The notes beneath the pieces are model-generated. The model searched no databases, was not told where the DNA came from, and saw nothing but the letters and a program-made list of their open reading frames with translations. From contig OZ038378.1 of assembly GCA_964036045.1 (NCBI GenBank), positions 180,420,001-180,484,000 on the forward strand: a DNA stretch of 64,000 nucleotides. The letters run 5' to 3'. The stretch's first letter is position 1. Each line of letters opens with the position of its first letter. The translations under genes and the position numbers were made by a program. The DNA comes from Eutreptiella sp. 'Long Island Sound 2002'. Lineage: Eukaryota; Protista; Euglenida. Below, piece after piece: positions 1-12,026 of this stretch.

Positions 1-1255
1 CTTGGCGGCGACAAGGCCAACAAAATATCTCGCAGAAGAGAGCGAAGAAACTCATGCGCATCACTTTAGTAGACCAACCAATGCCCACGCGATCCTTTTG
101 CTCAACCATGTGGGAGACCGTTGAACACCAAAATTGCCCAGTGGAAGAGCAGCTGGGGTGGAAACTGTGTTTACAATAACAATGCCGCTGCACTAGTTGT
201 ACACAGCTACCATGTGTGCCTCAACACCCTACCAGGCCACCACAGAATATCTTGAAAATCGCTGCCACTCAATCCGGTTGAGACAACAAGACACTAGCAT
301 CATTTTGTCCTATTTGCATGGAATTTCGCAGTACGGATGCAATGACACTCATGGTGCATGCGGTAAATATGATGATGCATGGGACGAAAAAATCTGTGGA
401 TACAACAATCATGAAACACAGGATTAGTAGGCCATCAGGGGATATTTTTTGCTCGCATTTTCGTCGACAGTTGTAGACATTTTTGTGGACAGTTCGTTGC
501 AGAAGCAACATGGCCTCAAAATTGAGGCCATGTCTTATTTTTTTAAGCTTATTTTTTTTTGGATTAATGCACCTGATCCCCTGATTCCGAATCGATTATT
601 GCCACATGTTTGGATTTCTATGGTATGATAGGGGGAGCGTTGTAAGGTGCTGCAGCGGTTTCAGTCCATCCCGCCCTGGGGACTCTATGTGGCACGATTT
701 CTGATGCCTCCCCGCCTTGGAGACCTTGATACAGTTGGAATTGTGTAGCCACAGGGCACACTCAGCACAGTGCAACCATTTGGGCGTTTGGCCGTACTAG
801 AGACCCATACTTTGTGATACTAGGGGCATATTGTTGCCCCTAGCATAGGGGGCGCCTTAAGCGCAGTGTGCTCGCCTCCCCTCTTCAAGCGCAGAGCCTC
901 TTCCTATACCGTCACAGGGGCGATGGTAGGGGGAACCATGGGGCGCCTCTCCACGACCGAGTGCACCTACCTACCTACCTACCTACCTACCTACTTGAGC
1001 TGGGGCAGTTTGGGTCACCTAATTCTAAGGGCGTTTCGAAGGGGTGTGCTTGGGGGCTCTTTGGGGGGAACATAGTCTAAAAGTAGCACGAAGTGCGCGC
1101 GCAGTGCAAAGATTCCTATAGATTCTGATGATACTTCCACATTGGGGATATGACATTTTTGTAATTTCACCCATTTTCACCCATTTCCACCCCTTTTCGC
1201 ACTTTTTTGCTCATCTCCACCACATCCACTCTTTTCTAGGTTGAGCTCTCCCCAC

Positions 1256-1360
1256 CATGGGGATCCCGAGAAGGCAGGGGGCTGTCGCAAGTGCACGTCC
1301 CTGAGAGTCGAGGAGGGCAAGCGCAAGCACTGGCACTTCCAGTGTCCCCACTGGTCGTGA
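1256..1360 (+). pseudogene. Short ORF with Cx2C-x11-H-x4-C zinc-knuckle-like motif (probable gag C-terminus)
   Basis: Manual translation MGDPEKAGGCRKCTSLRVEEGKRKHWHFQCPHWS*, in the same frame as the downstream YR ORF at 1451. Confidence 0.45.
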
Positions 1361-1450
1361 CTCTTCGAGTTCGACAGAGGCGCCTCAGTTGGGGCGCCTT
1401 CCCCGCGGCGGGGTGACCTGCCGACATCCAGACGGGGGTCCCCGGACAAG

Positions 1451-2831
1451 TTGGGGGCCATGGTGTGGGGCCTGGAGGCGACGTCCTTTCGCCAAGCGGG
1501 GCAGATGTGGGATGAGGCAGCCAAAGGCGATGGAGACGGAGGCATCCGAGCGAGAGCGGTGCAGGCATGGCGCCCCAGCACCCGTCAGAGGTTTCAATCA
1601 GCCATCGGTCAACTGGCGGCTGTCGAGGCGCGGGAAAGAACGGATCTGGGAATGGCTGAAGTTTTGGCAGTGTGCCTCTCCGAAAAGTCCGACAAAGGCC
1701 AGTCAGCGTAGGGGATGCGGGGAATCTTCTCCGCGGTCTGCGCCCTTGAAGACATGTGCATTGTCGCGCCCATTGTCGGTGCCATCCACAAGCGTATCGC
1801 GGAGGGGGGGGGGGGGGGTGCCAAGCCAGGGGCGCAGGATTATGCGACCCCAAAGGTGCTCCGCCACCTGTGGCAGCGGGCGGCCTCGGAGAGGGACGGC
1901 GCCTTCGTGGCCCTTGTCGTCCTGTCCTCGGGCTCCTTTTGGAGGGTCGGTGAGTCGGCGTCAGTCCGCCCCTTTGACCTACTTGAGGCGGGAGGGGTAT
2001 CCTTCTAGTGCACGAAGTCGGGCGGCCCCAGGGGCTGGCATAGGAGACCGCTCTTCAAGTTTGGCATGTCCTGGGCTGACTACCTGTCAGAGTACTGCAA
2101 GCGACAGGGCCTCTCCGCCGACGAACCCATTTTCAGCGAGGGGGGAGGCGGTCCTTGAGGACTGCCTCACCACTCTCCTCCGCGGATCGCGGTGTGGTGA
2201 TTATGCATGGCACAGCCTCAGGAGAGGAGGCACAGCCTCATGAGAGGAGGGACAGCCTCCTGTTGGAACCAAAAAGCCAGGGTTGCCCTACTTTAAATGG
2301 TGGGGGGGCTAGGCTTCTACCGGGGTTGCCATGCGCTACGCGACAGCTTTCCTTCATCATGGAGTGTTGGCGTCGTTGGCCTTGCCATGCCCTGGATCGG
2401 AAGTCGGGGAGCCTCCGGTGGTCAATTGCCTATCTCTTTGGGATTCTGCTATGTTTGGGGCGGACGCGGTGGAAGAGTCCCTGGGTTACGTGGGGGCCGT
2501 CCTTGGTCCTGCTCTCTCACACCCTGGCGTTGTGGCTGTTGAGCCGCCTGCGGCGGTGGTGGGGTGCAGCCACGGCGGCGCTCCTGGCCATGAATTGGAC
2601 AGTTCTTCTACAAGCTCCGAGGGCTCCAGCTCCTGCGAGTCATCCGACTCGGATGTTAGGATCATCGAGCCACCGGTTAGGAGGGGGGGTTCCAGCGGAC
2701 CCAGCTTTCAGGATCGGGACCCAGGAGCAACTAGCGGGGTCGAGCCAGGATGGGGGGGCAGGGCGGCGCAAACGCAAGCGACAGGCACCCCCGCCAACCA
2801 CCCGGGAAAGACCCGGCAGGTGCAGAGTTAG
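1451..2831 (+). pseudogene. Tyrosine recombinase, disrupted, with acidic/Ser-rich C-terminal extension
   Basis: Catalytic residues recoverable across TAG stops (1709, 2006, ~2309), a frameshift and a ~21-bp duplication at ~2210-2265: SFWRVGE (R), CTKSGG (K), HSLRRGG (HxxR), GG(W/*)AS, AMRY (Y at ~2337). Confidence 0.8.
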
Positions 2832-3179
2832 GGCTCTGGGCGTCCCCAGTGATCGTGAAGGGGGGGAGTAGGCTGGCCCGCAGGTGGAAGTGGAGGCTGT
2901 CTCCTCCGGAATCCCCTCCACACCCCAGCGTTGTGTTCTTAGGCCCCGCTCCGCGCAAGTTGCGCTTGGGGCGGGACCACCGCCTAAACGGCGTGCCCCT
3001 GGCGATGAGAGACCGCGCCAGGGTGCGGTCCAGCAGGCCAAGGCAGTCGTGATCCCTTGCTTTCCCCCTTTTCGTGTTCTTCCTCTTCTCCACATCAACA
3101 TCCGGACCCCCCTACCCTTTCCCCCTTCGCCGGGACTGCCCTCCAGACCCCCCCCCCCCCGGAACCCCCCCCCCCGCCC

Positions 3180-4870
3180 TAGTCCTTGCCGCCCGGGGCT
3201 GTGACGGGGGAGCTGCCTTTGTCCAGTTCATGAAGATCCTAGCACCATCCCTACCGTGGATCGCCCGTAAATTGTCCTGCCCTATGGAGCTCATGTTTAA
3301 GAGATCCCATATGTTTCTTGAGCAGATTTTTAGCACTGCAGAGGATTTCAGGCTGGAGGAGGCATTACCCGTACTCATGCAGAGCTTTGCTGAGCTGCGA
3401 CAGGATGCGTGGGAGGGGTTGGCGCACTTAGCCACTTCCCCCATTCCCCAGTTGACGCGCACTGACCCGACCCTCGCTGCAAAGGGTTTGGGTAAGATGG
3501 GCTCCTACGTTATTCCCCGAGGCCTCTGGAGGGAGTTGGTCCCCGAGTCCTTTTTGCGGGATGCCCTCAGTTACAACGTTGAAGCCGACCCCAATGGAGG
3601 TTCAGGTTCGGTGGGACCGGGGGTGGCAGAGATGGCGTTCACACTGATGAATTCCGGAGTGATTAGCGAGACCCCGCCATCTTGCTTTCCGTTCATCATA
3701 CCCAAAAGTAGCGAGAAGGTCAGTCTCATTCTGTCCTCCTTGGGAATGAACGAGCGGATCGGCGACCCACCTACTTTCCAATTGCCTTCATGGGAGGGAA
3801 TAGCACGGATGCTGGCGACCACACCGCGATCCCAACGTCTTTTTTGCACCCATGTGGATCTCACCAACGCGTTCTGGAGTTTTTGCCCCCCCCCAAAGAT
3901 GCGCGCGGCATTCCGTTTTCAGGACCGGCCGGGTGGCCAGGTCTTTGCTCTGGATAGGCTGCCGTTTGGGTGGAAATTTTCGCCAATTTTTTGCCAAGGT
4001 ATTTTGGGTAATCTGGTGAGACCCCTGGTGCCCCCCCACATGGAGTTGTTACATTACCTCGACGACAATTTTTGTTGGTGGGGAGCGACCCCGCGGAGCT
4101 GCAGGCGGTGATTGACCGGGTGGTGGCAGCCCTACAGGCGGCATCGTTTATTGTCAGCCAGAAGTCCACACTGCACCCTGTCGAGAAATTTTTTTTTTGC
4201 CTAAGTGGTTGGACCTTGAGGCTAGGAAGATTAGGTCGCACCCTAGGGCCTTCCTGCAGATGTTCCATGCGTGGGTACGGGTTGCGTGCAAACCACGATC
4301 AAACAACAGGCTGCTGCCCAAGATTCTCGGTTTCCTACAGTGGCATGTCCGTCCCCGTGTTGGCTCCGGAGCGTTCCTTGCCGGGGCCTACTGTCATGAC
4401 AGTTGGGGCAAATCGGAGCTACCCACCCCGGCAAAGGTATTACACTCTTTCGTCACCCCATCCCATAGTAAATTCAGCTTGGCGCGTGGACTGTTCGTAA
4501 AAGAAATGACCGGCCCGGACTTTTTTTGGGCCATCCATTTTTGTCGATGCGGCGTGGGACAGGTTTGGATATCGGGTGGGGGGAGTAGTACCGAGGCGGG
4601 GTGTACGGTCCTGGGGTCCAAAGCCGGGTCAACAATCAACAGGAGGCAGAGCTCCAGGGTGTGGCGTGGGCGGTACGCCTGGCATGCCGATTTGGATGGC
4701 GCGCGGTGACTATTTTCACCGACAACATGGCGGCCGGTTACCAGGCGGTGGGCCTTAGGGCTAAGACGTGGCTTAGGCGCCAGATGCGGGTGCTCCGAGC
4801 ACTGGTTTGGCAGTTGGCAGTGTCAGGTATGGTTGTACGGTTTGTATGGGTCCCGTCCGCCTTGGAGCCA
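3180..4870 (+). pseudogene. DIRS-type reverse transcriptase plus RNase H, frameshifted
   Basis: ORFs 3074-4111, 4072-4500, 4197-4709 and 4601-4951 join into RT-RH: PFIIPKSSEK, HVDLTNAFW, LPFGWKFSP, HYLDD, then AELQGVAWA, IFTDN. The RH C-terminus is lost by a ~230-bp deletion relative to the second copy. Confidence 0.85.
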
Positions 4871-5939
4871 GAGGTCTTAACCTTCATGGTGCGTCGCAAG
4901 CGGGCACGTAGCCGCGCACGGGGGCACCGTGGTGGCCGCCCACACTGCTGATCGGCGCAGGCAGTGGCCCGTCGCAAGGCACGTGCAGAGCAGCATCTGC
5001 GCGAAGTGCAGTCTCGGCGTCTTGCGAGGCGTCCCGTGTGCAGGGTGATACTGGGCCACCAGGCCCGGTTGATTTTCACGCAACCATGCACGGAGCAGGA
5101 GGCACCGGCCCTCCTCCAAGCGGCGGCGGTCGACTTGGCCACCCGCCTCTAGTCCAGCCCCGAGCAGGCGGTACGGAGGGATGGCAACCCTGACGTCAAG
5201 GTCCCGGACCAGCGCCACCACTGCCGCCATCGTTGGCGAGTCCTTGTGGAGGGGACGGGGAGAGGGGTGGTTTACCTGTCCCTGTCGACTCACCACAAGA
5301 AAGGAGGCGTGGGCCTCCCTTATGTTCGGGTGCAGGGGACGCCGGCATTGGTCTGGCGAGTTGCCGGATTTTTCAGAGCCGGAGGGCGTGCCGAGGGGCT
5401 TGCGACGTGGGTCCTGTTGTTGCACAACTGTATCTCGAAGATTATCCCCGCTTGGTGAGGGATGTTGCCTGCCGCCCTGTGGGACCTCTTTTTGAGGGCT
5501 GTACGGTTATTGAGGATCTAACCCGCGGTGAATCTTGCCTACGGCTCTACCGCACGCTGACCCGAGATAGTCCTGCGCGCCGGGCTTTCGGCGCCGGCCA
5601 TGTGCGTGGTGCAGCTTGTAGAGTACCAAGGGCACGTGGGCCATTGGGCCAGGAGTGGGGCTACCAACCTGCGGGAGACTGAGGTGCACGTGTCAGCAAG
5701 GAGCTGGCACCGTGGCCGTGGGTTGTGGTAGCAGGCTCCGGGGTCTCTCCTCGCCTAATGCTTGTGGCACCACAGATTCGTGGCACAATGTGGGGTAACC
5801 CTACAAATTGTATTCCGTTTGTGCCTTGCCACCTCTCCGCGAGCCTAGCCTTGTTACAGCGGTGGTTGCGCTGAGTCGTGTCCGCCCGACTCCCCCCCCC
5901 CCCACCCCACACGGAACTGTCTGCAGCGGACACACTCTC

Positions 5940-6605
5940 CTTCAGCACAAATGTGAGCGACACCAGGCGGCAGCGCAAGAAGCGAAAGCTCAGGAAAAGC
6001 AGGAACCCAGGACAGGGTCGATAATGACAGAACCTGTAGCCTCTGCATACTGGTGCGGATATCTCACAGGCTTCAAGCTCAACAATGCATGCATGTCTGA
6101 AATCTGCGTTGTGACGCAGAGCTTTTCGTCACAAGAGCCGCGTCCTGTCGTGGCGAGCAGCAGCACACAGAAGCGACCACGAAGCGGCTGAACTCCGCGT
6201 CCTGTCGCGGAAGAGCATCCGGGCGTAATACCGCCGGGAAGGACATGGCAGGAGAAGGGACCACGCCAACAACGGCATGGCCCTTACACACACATCCAGC
6301 CAGCCCCAAAGAAGGTCAAGCCTCAGCAAGAACGCCAGCGTTTCAAGGTGCAGGCACTGAGCCAGCTGGACGCCATCGCGAATGAACGACTAAGAGCAGT
6401 CGAAGCAGAGCTGACCACAATGGCGTGGGCCCGCAATCAGCAGATCTGGCTCCGACTGGACCAACCACACAACACCAGGATGCACTGTGAGATTGTGGAC
6501 AATCATGGGGAACCTTTGCCGATGAGCAATCAGGAGCTCTACTCGGTGATGGTCCAGATCAACTGGACCCTGAAGACTCAGGCTCTGGCGAACATGCAGG
6601 TCTAG
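5940..6605 (+). pseudogene. ORF with one in-frame TGA (6189); C-terminus resembles the Polinton/PLV/virophage minor capsid (penton) C-terminal pattern
   Basis: ORFs 5808-6191 and 6348-6605 share a frame. WLRLDQPHNTRMHCEIVDNHGEPLPMSNQELYSVMVQINW fits, by eye only, the penton pattern I/T-x-I-x-I-x-L-x-D-x-x-G-x-x-L/I-x-F...S-x-x-L-x-I. Confidence 0.3.
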
Positions 6606-7028
6606 TGGCGACCCAAAAGTGCAGGCAAGTGGCACCCGTTCCAGTGGGAGGCGATCCTCCACTGTCCGACGGCAGAGGGACACAGAGCGGTGCCCCCCTC
6701 AGTGAGCAGAACTGGAGACTGCATGCATGTGTGGCTGGCGGGCCGAGCGGACCTCTTGAGGCTGTTCCAGAGAACGCTCTTCAGGTAGGCGGACCCGGTA
6801 CCCGGGGACGCTGTGCGGTTCCTCTACACGCTGCTGAGCACACCCCCATGCGAAAGGAGATATGCATGACAAGGGATGACACGCAGGGGGGAGTAGGACA
6901 GATTGGAGCAAGTGATGCAGATAACCAATCGTCATAGCTCAGTGGATTAACCACACCTCTTCTGTCCTGTAAAGGATGGTTCGAACCCCGGGGGGGGATA
7001 GAGATACACCGAACGTCCCGAAAACCCC

Positions 7029-7029
<1 letters not shown>

Positions 7030-7125
<96 letters not shown>
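7030..7125. repeat. (GA)n microsatellite
   Basis: Nearly pure GA run of about 95 bp. Confidence 0.98.
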
Positions 7126-7544
7126 TGTGGGACGCAGAGGGAAAGGAACAGAGAGGAGAGAGAGTGTGTGTGGGGCGCAATGGAAAAGGAACGGAGAGAA
7201 GGAGAGCGAGAGAGAGGGCAGGGGAGAGGGCAGGAGAGAGTGAGAGGGAGAGAGTGGAAGAGAGACCCACAGAGCAAGAGTCGGGGGCTCACCGGCGCAA
7301 TGGGAGAGTGGTGGATTCGAGCTGACCGGGGTGTATGGGACGCCATGGCAGCACAGAGCAGTTTAATGGTGGAATAACAGGGCGCCATTGCGCCCCTGGA
7401 GCACAGGCGCGCCACGTCGTTACGTGTTGAAAAGCCGAAGCATGACAAGGGCCGCGAGAATGCGGCCCATGTGAGGGGTTGGATGCGAGTGGACATGAAA
7501 ATGTGGGCGGCTTGTGCATGCATGGCGTGGTGCTGAAAAGGTAT

Positions 7545-7930
7545 GCGCCACACACAGTACAGCAATGATCTGTTGAAGTGCCCGGCAGCCGGAACTTTTG
7601 TTGAAATGTTGAGACGCCTTTGCGCCACCAAAGGCGCCTTTGCGCCCCCGAGGTTTGGGTACGACACGCCCTCACGTGCCAGAGAGCAAGTGCATGACAG
7701 AGGCACGACCTGCAGGGCAAGGGTTAGAGACTAACCGGCACTGTGGGAGGGTGGTGGGTGCGAGCTGACCTCAGTGTCCAGAGGACCAAAGCCAAAGCAC
7801 AGTCAGCAACCACCTGGTGTGGTACAGAACTGGTCTGCGCTGCAGTGCAGCAAGAAAAACACTGAACAATGTGGTTATGACCATGCGCCTGTGACACGGG
7901 GGCGTGTGCGAGCCCAGTTTCCGTTGCCTC
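7545..7930 (+). repeat. ~390-bp dispersed direct repeat, copy 1
   Basis: Aligns by eye with 13700-14087 (gccacacac..tacagcaatgatctgttga ... cagtttccgttgcctcatg). Confidence 0.9.
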
Positions 7931-8165
7931 ATGGCCACCCCACACGGGCCCCCACTCTTTCCACCCCCCCCCCCCCTTTTGAGTCACGGGGCCTAGTGAG
8001 TGGGAGTGGGGGAGGGTAGAAAGGTAAACTAGAGCGATCTGCCTGCCCAGAGTCTTGGTGCATGTGTGCCTTGGTAAACACCAGTTTGTCCCCCAAACTG
8101 GGCCCTCGACCCCCCCCAATGCACTCTTCTACAGGCTTTTGAAAAATTATTGCCGGGCAGGGAAG

Positions 8166-11100
8166 GTCGGGCGGACACGACTCAGCGCAAGCACCGCTGT
8201 AACAGGGCTAGGCTCGCGGAGAGGTGGCAGGGCACAAACGGAATATAATTTGTAGGGTTACCCCACACTGTGCCACGAATCTGTGGTGCCACAAGCATTA
8301 GGCGAGGAGAGACCCCGGAGCCTGCTACCACAACCCACGGCCACGGTGCCAGCTCCTTGCTGACACGTGCAGCTCAGTCTCCCGTAGGTTGGTAGCCTCA
8401 CTCCTGGCCCAATGGCCTACGTGCCCTTGGTACTCTACAAGCTGCACCACGCACATGGCCGGCGCCGAAAGCCCGGCGCGCAGGACTATCTCTGGTCAGC
8501 GTGCGGTAGAGCTGTGTCACACCCTCAATAACCGTATAGCCCTCAAAAAGAGGTCCCACAGGGCGGCAGGCAACATCCCTCACCAAGCGGGAATAATCTT
8601 CGAGATACAGTTGTGCAACAACAGGACCCACGTCGCAAGCCCCTCGGCGCGCCCTCCGGCTCTGAAAAATCCGGCAACTCGCCAGACCAATGCCGGCGTC
8701 CCCTGCACCCGAACATAAGGGAGGCCCACGCCTCCTTTCTTGTGGTGAGTCGACAAGGACAGGTAAACCACCCCTCTCTCTGTCCCCTCCACAAGGACTC
8801 GCCAACGATGGCGGCAGTGGTGGCGCTGGTCCGGGACCTTGACGTCAGGGTTGCCATCCCTCCGTACCGCCTGCTCGGGGCTGGACTAGAGGCGGGTGGC
8901 CAAGTCGACCGCCGCCGCTTGGAGGAGGGCCGGTGCCTCTTGCTCCGTGCATGGTTGCGTGAAAATCAACCGGGCCCGGTGGCCCAGTATCACCCTGCGC
9001 ACGGGACGCCTCGCAAGACGCCGAGACTGCACTTCGCGCAGATGCTGCTCTGCACGTGCCCCGCGACGGGCCACTGCCTACGCCGATCGGCGGTGTGGGC
9101 GGCCACCACGGTGCCCCCGTGCGCGGCTACGTGCCCGCTTGCGACGCACCATGAAGGTTAAGACCTCTGCACATGTGGGCACGCACAGTCCCCGCTCAGC
9201 TGACACATCCACCCCCCCCCCCATCTGTTCCATCACATGCAGGTCTCATTGGGCGGCTCCCGTGTCAGACAAGCACCATCCCAAAGACGGAGCATGCTTC
9301 TGGGACAGAGACGAGGCGTTCATAAATGCACCACGCCTCAACTTCTGCCGCACCCACATTTCCGTTGTGGTCTGAAAACAAACGACTCAGCGGGTCCGCT
9401 GGCTCCAAGGCGGACGGGACCCATACAAACCGTACAACCATACCTGACACTGCCAACTGCCAAACCAGTGCTCGGAGCACCCGCATCTGGCGCCTAAGCC
9501 ACGTCTTAGCCCTAAGGCCCACCGCCTGGTAACCGGCCGCCATGTTGTCGGTGAAAATAGTCACCGCGCGCCATCCAAATCGGCATGCCAGGCGTACCGC
9601 CCACGCCACACCCTGGAGCTCTGCCTCCTGTTGATTGTGGACCAGGCTTTGGACTGCCCAGGACCGTACACCCCGCCTCGGTACTACTCCCCCCACCCGA
9701 TATCCAAACCTGTCCCACGCCGCATCGACAAAAATGGATGGCCCAAAAAAGTCCGGGCCGGTCATTTCTTTTACGGACAGTCCACGCGCCAAGCTGAATT
9801 TACTATAGGATGGGGGTCTCCATGGCTCCGCACATGGCGTCATCATCATGATAAAAGAGTGTAATACCTTTGCCGGGGTGGGTAGCTCCGATTTGCCCCA
9901 TCTGTCATGACAGTAGGCCCTGGCAAGGAACGCTCCGGAGCCAACACGGGGACGGACATGCCACTGTAGGAAACCGAGAATCTTGGGCAGCAGCCTGCTG
10001 TTTGGTCATGGTTTGTCACGCAACCCGTACCCACGCATGGAACATCTGCAGGAAGGCCCTAGGGTGCGACCTAATCTTCCTAGCCTCAAGGTCCAACCAC
10101 TTAGGCAAAAAAAAAATTTCTCGACAGGGTGCAGTGTGGACTTCTGGCTGACAATAAACGATGCCGCCTGTAGGGCTGCCACCACCCGGTCAATCACCGC
10201 CTGCAGCTCCGCGGGGTCGCTCCCCACCAACAAAAATTGTTGTCGAGGTAATGTAACAACTCCATGTGGGGGGGCACCAGGGGTCTCACCAGATTACCCA
10301 AAATACCTTGGCAAAAAATTGGCGAAAATTTCCACCCAAACGGCAGCCTATCCAGAGCAAAGACCTGGCCACCCGGCCGGTCCTGAAAACGGAATGCCGC
10401 GCGCATCTTTGGGGGGAGGCAAAAACTCCAGAACGCGTTGGTGAGATCCACGTGGGTGCAAAAAAGACGTTGGGATCGCGGTGTGGTCGCCAGCATCCGT
10501 GCTATTCCCTCCCATGAAGGCAATTGGAAAGTAGGCGGGTCGCCGATCCGCTCGTTCATTCCCAAGGAGGACAGGATGAGACTGACCTTCTCGCTACTTT
10601 TGGGTATGATGAACGGAAAGCAAGATGGCGGCAATGGGGTCTCGCTAATCACTCCGGAATTCATCAGTGCGAACGCCATCTCTGCCACCCCCGGTCCCAC
10701 CGAACCTGAACCTCCATTGGGGTCGGCTTCAACGTTGTAACTGAGGGCATCCCGCAAAAAGGACTCGGGGACCAACTCCCTCCAGAGGCCTCGGGGAATA
10801 ACGTAGGAGCCCATCTTACCCAAACCCTTTGCAGCGAGGGTCGGGTCAGTGCGCGTCAACTGGGGAATGGGGGAAGTGGCTAAGTGCGCCAACCCCTCCC
10901 ACGCATCCTGTCGCAGCTCAGCAAAGCTCTGCATGAGTACGGGTAATGCCTCCTCCAGCCTGAAATCCTCTGCAGTGCTAAAAATCTGCTCCAGAAACAT
11001 ATGGGATCTCTTAAACATGAGCTCCATAGGGCAGGACAATTTACGGGCGATCCACGGTAGGGATGGTGCTAGGATCTTCATGAACTGGACAAAGGCAGCT

Positions 11101-12026
11101 CCCCCGTCACAGCCCCGGGCGGCAAGGACTAGGGCGGGGGGGGGGGGGGGGGGTTTCCAGGGGGGGGGGTCTGGAGGGCAGTCCCGGCGAAGGGGGAAAG
11201 GGTAGGGGGGTCCGGATGTTGATGTGGAGAAGAGGAAGAACACGAAAAGGGGGAAAGCAAGGGATCACGACTGCCTCTGGCGTCCTTGGAATTTTGCTGA
11301 AAGGCCCTTGGCCTGCTGGACCGCACCCTGGCGCGGTCTCTCATCGCCAGGGGCACGCCGTTTAGGCGGTGGTCCCGCCCCAAGCGCAACTTGCGCGGAG
11401 CAGGGCCTAAGAACACAACGCTGGGGTGTGGAGGGGATTCCGGAGGAGACAGCCTCCACTTCCACCTGCGGGCCAGCCTACTCCCCCCCTTCAGGATCAC
11501 TGGGGACGCCCAGAGCCCTAACTCTGCACCTGCCGGGTCTTTCCCGGGTGGTTGGCGGGGGTGCCTGTCGCTTGCGTTTGCGCCGCCCTGCCCCCCCATC
11601 CTGGCTCGGCCCCGCTGGTCGCTCCTTGGTGCCGATCCTGAAAGCTGGGTCCGCTGGAACCCCCCTCCTAACCGGTGGCTCGATGATCCTGACATCCGAG
11701 TCGGATGATTCGCAGGAGCTGGAGCCCTCGGAGCTTGTAGAAGAACTGTCCAATTCATGGCCAGGAGCGCCGCCGTGGCTGCACCCCACCACCGCCGCAG
11801 GCGGCTCAACAGCCACAGCGCCAGGGTGTGAGAGAGCAGGACCAAGGACGGCCCCCACGTAACCCAGGGACTCTTCCACCGCGTCCGCCCCAAACATAGC
11901 AGAACCCCAAAGAGATAGGCAATTGACCACCGGAGGCTCCCCGACTTCCGATCCAGGGCATGGCAAGGCCAACGACGCCAACACTCCATGATGAAGGAAA
12001 GCTGTTGCGTAGCGCATGGCAACCCC
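8166..12026 (-). mobile_element. Second copy of the YR retrotransposon, 5'-truncated at the YR catalytic Tyr region
   Basis: Reverse complement of 2322-5890. RT ORF 10194-11243. RNase H ORF 9265-9849 (IFVDAAWD...AELQGV...IFTDN...EPADPLSR) has a complete C-terminus. Confidence 0.88.

Larger units (their letters stand above)
1240..5890 (+). mobile_element. Tyrosine-recombinase retrotransposon (DIRS order; VIPER/TATE-like order YR-RT-RNase H), degenerate, probably 5'-incomplete
   Basis: In order: CCHC-like knuckle (1256-1360), YR motifs (1451-2345), RT (HVDLTNAFWSF, LPFGWKFSP, YLDD; ~3180-4200) and RNase H (AELQGV, IFTDN; ~4530-4870). 2322-5890 is the reverse complement of 8166-12026. Contains in-frame stops and frameshifts. 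Confidence 0.85.

Noticed and set aside
4877-5425. 182-aa antisense ORF open in both YR copies (also 8613-9161)
   Set aside because: It has no recognisable motif, and GC-rich near-identical copies easily retain open antisense frames. Not supported as a gene.
1358-6191. Stop-codon reassignment or programmed readthrough (in-frame TGA/TAG at 1358, 1709, 2006, ~2309, 6189)
   Set aside because: The two YR copies carry different stops, at least one TAG replaces an expected Trp (TGG), and the 5.7-kb LINE ORF2 has no in-frame stop. Mutational decay is the simpler explanation.
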